DNA of 64,000 bases from Methanobacteriota archaeon (lineage in GTDB: Archaea > Halobacteriota > Methanosarcinia > Methanosarcinales > Methanosarcinaceae). The DNA lies in the NCBI GenBank assembly GCA_023399215.1, contig JAEWQJ010000043.1:3405-67404 (forward strand), given 5' to 3'. The notes beneath the pieces are model-generated. The model was not told where the DNA came from, ran no database searches, and worked only from the letters and a program-made list of their open reading frames with translations. This document shows, piece by piece, positions 60,936 through 64,000 of the stretch. The translations under genes and the position numbers were made by a program. Positions within the stretch are counted from its first letter, which is position 1, and the number at the start of each line of letters is the position of its first letter.

Positions 60936-62183
60936 TCAGACTCCAGTACTGTACCTGAGAATTGCAGCAATGCCTCCGAAAGCGTTCATAAGTTGCGAGC
61001 CTTCATCAAAGTCTGTAGACACAAAGACAACTTTTGCATTGCTTTTGTCAGCAAGGGCCGAGAGCTCGTCAACAATATCGGTAACATCTGTGACTTCAAG
61101 AGAAGCTCCACAGTTTGGACAGTTCCCGGCTGTTGGTGCAGATTCTCCGGGTTTCCAGCGCCGTGTCCACTTATTTTCATATCCGCAAACACTGCATTTC
61201 GTGGTTACCCTTTCAGCCCGCAGATCTTCGGAAAGCAAGAGCATATCCACAGCATTGATTTCAAGGTTTGCCCGGACCTGGGTTTCCCCATAGGCTACTT
61301 TACCCGAGTCGGAAATAAGTTCTTTGAAGAAGGCCCTGACAGCGTTCTTCTGCCCCATGAGCTCAAGATCCTGGAGCTTATCTGCGGCAGCATTCACAAG
61401 TTCCGAGAGCCCGGATTCGTCAGTGTAAGCCGTATCAAAGAGTCCAAGGATCTTTCTCATAAGCTCGTGGTGCAAAAACTCCCCGGCGTAGAACTCTTCC
61501 TTCGTAGGAGAAGGGCCTCCTATCAGGATACCTTTGAGATCTTTAGGTTCAACGGCGAGGAAAATATCATCTGCGGCGTCTCCTATTCTCTTATAGAACT
61601 CATGGATAGCAATTAACCTGAGCTGCTGGAAACGATGAGAACTCTGACCACCTTTCCTCTGTTTTCCCGGAACCGTTGAGGTAAGGTTGCGGAAGGACTC
61701 GATCCTTTTTCCGATCAGAAGCCCTACTGTGGCTTCTCTGCGGTCAAGCACTAGAAGTCCAAACGTGCCCTTGTCCTTGAGCATATCCTCCAGGGGCTCA
61801 AGATAGAAAGATGAGTCGCAATGATATTTATAGACAGTAATTGGTTCCGGAGGGACAATTACTTCGCTCTCCATGTTCGTCTTGTTAGCCCCGATATCTA
61901 TGGCTCCTGTGAAATAAACGATCCCGTTTTCAGGAACCTTGTCAAGATATCTGAGCCTTGAAAGGAGAGATTCAATGGCCCCCTGTACATTAGTCCTGGT
62001 AAGTTTGGACTTGATATTTGCAGCCTGTCCGTGCTCGTCTTTCAACTGGTTTGTAACATCAAAAATCTGCTTGTCAGCAGGGATATAAAGAGAAATAAGT
62101 TCAGTACTCCTTCCCTTTTTATCCCTCAGGCTCTCAAGCTTCTTTTTAAATTCGTACTTTTCGTGTGCAGATTGTTCAGTCAT
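60936..62183 (-). CDS. prf1: Peptide chain release factor aRF1
   Basis: From the ATG at 62183 the sequence reads MTEQSAHEKYEFKKKLESL. The NIKS motif (AANIKSKLTR) and the GGQ motif (RKGGQSSHRF) are present, with a C-terminal zinc-ribbon-like insertion (CSVCGY...CPNCG). The track start at 62213 adds 10 residues. The + strand ORF 60876..61616 is a shadow. Confidence 0.92.
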   Translation of the reverse strand: MTEQSAHEKYEFKKKLESLRDKKGRSTELISLYIPADKQIFDVTNQLKDEHGQAANIKSKLTRTNVQGAIESLLSRLRYLDKVPENGIVYFTGAIDIGANKTNMESEVIVPPEPITVYKYHCDSSFYLEPLEDMLKDKGTFGLLVLDRREATVGLLIGKRIESFRNLTSTVPGKQRKGGQSSHRFQQLRLIAIHEFYKRIGDAADDIFLAVEPKDLKGILIGGPSPTKEEFYAGEFLHHELMRKILGLFDTAYTDESGLSELVNAAADKLQDLELMGQKNAVRAFFKELISDSGKVAYGETQVRANLEINAVDMLLLSEDLRAERVTTKCSVCGYENKWTRRWKPGESAPTAGNCPNCGASLEVTDVTDIVDELSALADKSNAKVVFVSTDFDEGSQLMNAFGGIAAILRYSTGV

Positions 62184-62962
62184 TTTAAATGTTCCCCGTA
62201 AAGATAATAGCAAAGTTTTGGTATTTTGGCAAATTTGAGGTTGAATTCTTTATTGAGTTTGAGATTGTCTTTTCGATTGAGATTGATAAATTTAAGGCAG
62301 ATTAATCCGGACTATTAAATAAATTTGAGTTATGGAATTAAATTAAAATGCTGAATTAACTTGAGCTATTGAATACGTCGAAATTTTCAATGAATTGGTT
62401 AGCCTTTTTGAAACTATTGAATTTGAAAACACATTTAAGAATTTTAATTTTATTTCAAAGGTAATATCTTGGTAATTTTTATTATCCAGTTTATAGTTCG
62501 TTTAGCTTTTCGGTTAGTTTAACAATGGTGACAGAGGATTTGATAATGATAAATTAAACAGCGAGTCCCATCTCACCGAAAACTGAATGTAAAAACCGCT
62601 CTGAACACAAAAACTGAGAGTAAGAGTACGCTGCCAGAAAAACCGATACTTAGAATCCGGGAAAGACCGTCAGAAATTCCGGAAAAAGCCAGCTCCTTTG
62701 CTGCGTAAACTTTTCCTGTTTCGTGCTCTGTTGATATCACTAGATGTGAGACATAATTATACTCAAACTGTATATAACTATAAAACTGGATAAATCCATT
62801 CTGGAGTTATACTCCTAAATGAAACCTGAGTTTATATTTGTTTCTATCCCCAGACTTCGTTTATATATTTACAAGTAGATAAAAGTTGTTTTGTGTTTCC
62901 ACATTTGATATTATTGGTACAAAAGATTAAAACTTTGAATTTAATCAAGGCAAAAAACCTTT

Positions 62963-63120
62963 TTGACAGGAAACGTTTTCCCGTTAACAAGGATTTCTTC
63001 TTGTTGACAAGAAGCTTTTCCCGTTAACAAGAAATTTTTTTCTCATTGACAAAAGACTTAATTCTCATTGACAGGAAACGTTTTCTCGTTAACAGGAGAC
63101 TTTTTCCCGTCCTTTGATAA
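62963..63120. repeat. ~4 copies of TTGACA(G/A)GAA-N-C(G/T)TTTTCCCGTTAACA(A/G)G
   Basis: Units begin near 62963, 63003, 63046 (a short unit) and 63068. The array straddles the taw1 stop codon (63058). Confidence 0.75.
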
Positions 63121-64000
63121 CAGGACTACCCTGCTGATTTCAGACTCATCTGCGATTTCATATCCAAGATGTTTTGCAAGTTCCTGTGAGAACTCGAGGA
63201 CCTCCTCATGTGTAGGCATTGCAGAGCGGTCAAGCCTGAGTCGTGAGAAACCCAGATGCATATACGCTTTTATCTCCACAAAATCAGGTGAGGCTTTTTC
63301 CATTAGCCTGGCATAAGCCTCAGGCTTGAACAAATTTTCACCTTTAACAAGGGTGGTTCGAATGACTGTCCTTGATTTTTTCTGCTTCATCAGGGACAAA
63401 GATTCATTGATCTTTTCCCAGAGGGCAGGCGACCTGGGCTGACAGACTTTCAGGTAAGTCTCAAGATCCGGGGCATCGAGACTCATATAGAGCTGGGAAG
63501 GAGAAACCTTTGCAAGCATCTCGGGAACTGTTCCGTTTGTGACAAGAAAAGTCGTAAAACCTCTTTTTTCGTACTCCTCGATAAGTTCAGGGAGATAAGG
63601 ATAAAAGGTCGGCTCTCCGGATAGAGAGATTGCAACGTTGTTAGGCTCGTTGCCCTCAAGCCAGCGTTCCTTAAGTGCATTTGGAGAACCCCCAAAACCG
63701 GTGATTAACTTACGCTGGCAGGCAATACTTTCCTCCACTATCTTCTCAGGCGAATCCCATTCCTCGGGCGCAGGGACAGAAACCTCAGTTGGGCGCCAGC
63801 AGAAAAGGCAACGTTGGTTGCAAATAAGTGTTGGAGTCATCTGAAGGCAGCGATGAGACTGAACTCCGTAAAATTTCGATTTATAGCAGAAGCCTTGACC
63901 ATTCATAGCATGCCTTAGCCAGAGACAGGTCTTAACAGCTGAGTGGCGGCCTGCCAGGGCATAACCCTGTTTTTTCAGGAGAGTTTTAAAATCAGGGATG
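63058..64000 (-). CDS. taw1: tRNA 4-demethylwyosine synthase (Taw1/TYW1, radical SAM), runs off the right edge
   Basis: The radical-SAM motif is CNQRCLFCWRP. My translation upstream of the track's Met continues in frame to the window edge (IPDFKTLLKKQGYALAGRHSAVKTCLWLRHAMNGQGFCYK). This matches the TYW1 N-terminal HSAVK.C.W motif, so the true start lies beyond 64000. Confidence 0.85.
   Translation of the reverse strand, partial: IPDFKTLLKKQGYALAGRHSAVKTCLWLRHAMNGQGFCYKSKFYGVQSHRCLQMTPTLICNQRCLFCWRPTEVSVPAPEEWDSPEKIVEESIACQRKLITGFGGSPNALKERWLEGNEPNNVAISLSGEPTFYPYLPELIEEYEKRGFTTFLVTNGTVPEMLAKVSPSQLYMSLDAPDLETYLKVCQPRSPALWEKINESLSLMKQKKSRTVIRTTLVKGENLFKPEAYARLMEKASPDFVEIKAYMHLGFSRLRLDRSAMPTHEEVLEFSQELAKHLGYEIADESEISRVVLLSKDGKKSPVNEKTFPVNEN

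Noticed and set aside
1-64000. In-frame UAG (pyrrolysine) or UGA (selenocysteine) recoding candidates
   Set aside because: No gene family known to use Pyl (mtmB/mtbB/mttB) or Sec is present. No well-supported ORF appears interrupted by a single in-frame stop.

Overview
This window looks like a chromosomal core region of a Methanosarcina-like methanogen (Methanosarcinales). The evidence is O-phosphoseryl-tRNA synthetase, a thermosome, Orc1/Cdc6, Hef, RadB, aRF1, Taw1, a DUF1608-type S-layer paralogue, short MetE-like methyltransferases and very long AT-rich intergenic regions. I support about 48 protein genes. Two of them are absent from the ORF track: an edge-truncated surE and a 55-aa Sec61-beta. 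I also support one tRNA-Lys(CUU), one ppk pseudogene fragment, several hairpin plus oligo-T terminators and many short tandem-repeat arrays.

There are no CRISPR arrays, cas genes, transposases or integrases, and no recognisable defence island. The candidates most worth follow-up are:
- (1) A polyphosphate island (a CYTH/degenerate-HD/CHAD giant protein, PPX and PPK1) directly beside a repeat-rich Orc1/Cdc6 origin-like spacer. It includes a duplicated ppk 3' fragment bracketing a cytochrome-b5-like lipoprotein cassette.
- (2) A pentapeptide-repeat beta-helix fused to a 2-TM K+ channel, followed by an orphan HEPN gene.
- (3) Four tandem TRAM-only genes next to a bactofilin-like gene.
- (4) radB, whose conserved N-terminus has no canonical start codon but has an SD-preceded ATA.
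- (5) Almost every long intergenic spacer carries its own private tandem-repeat array, several of them in promoter or operator positions.

All functional calls come from reading motifs by eye. No database search was run.
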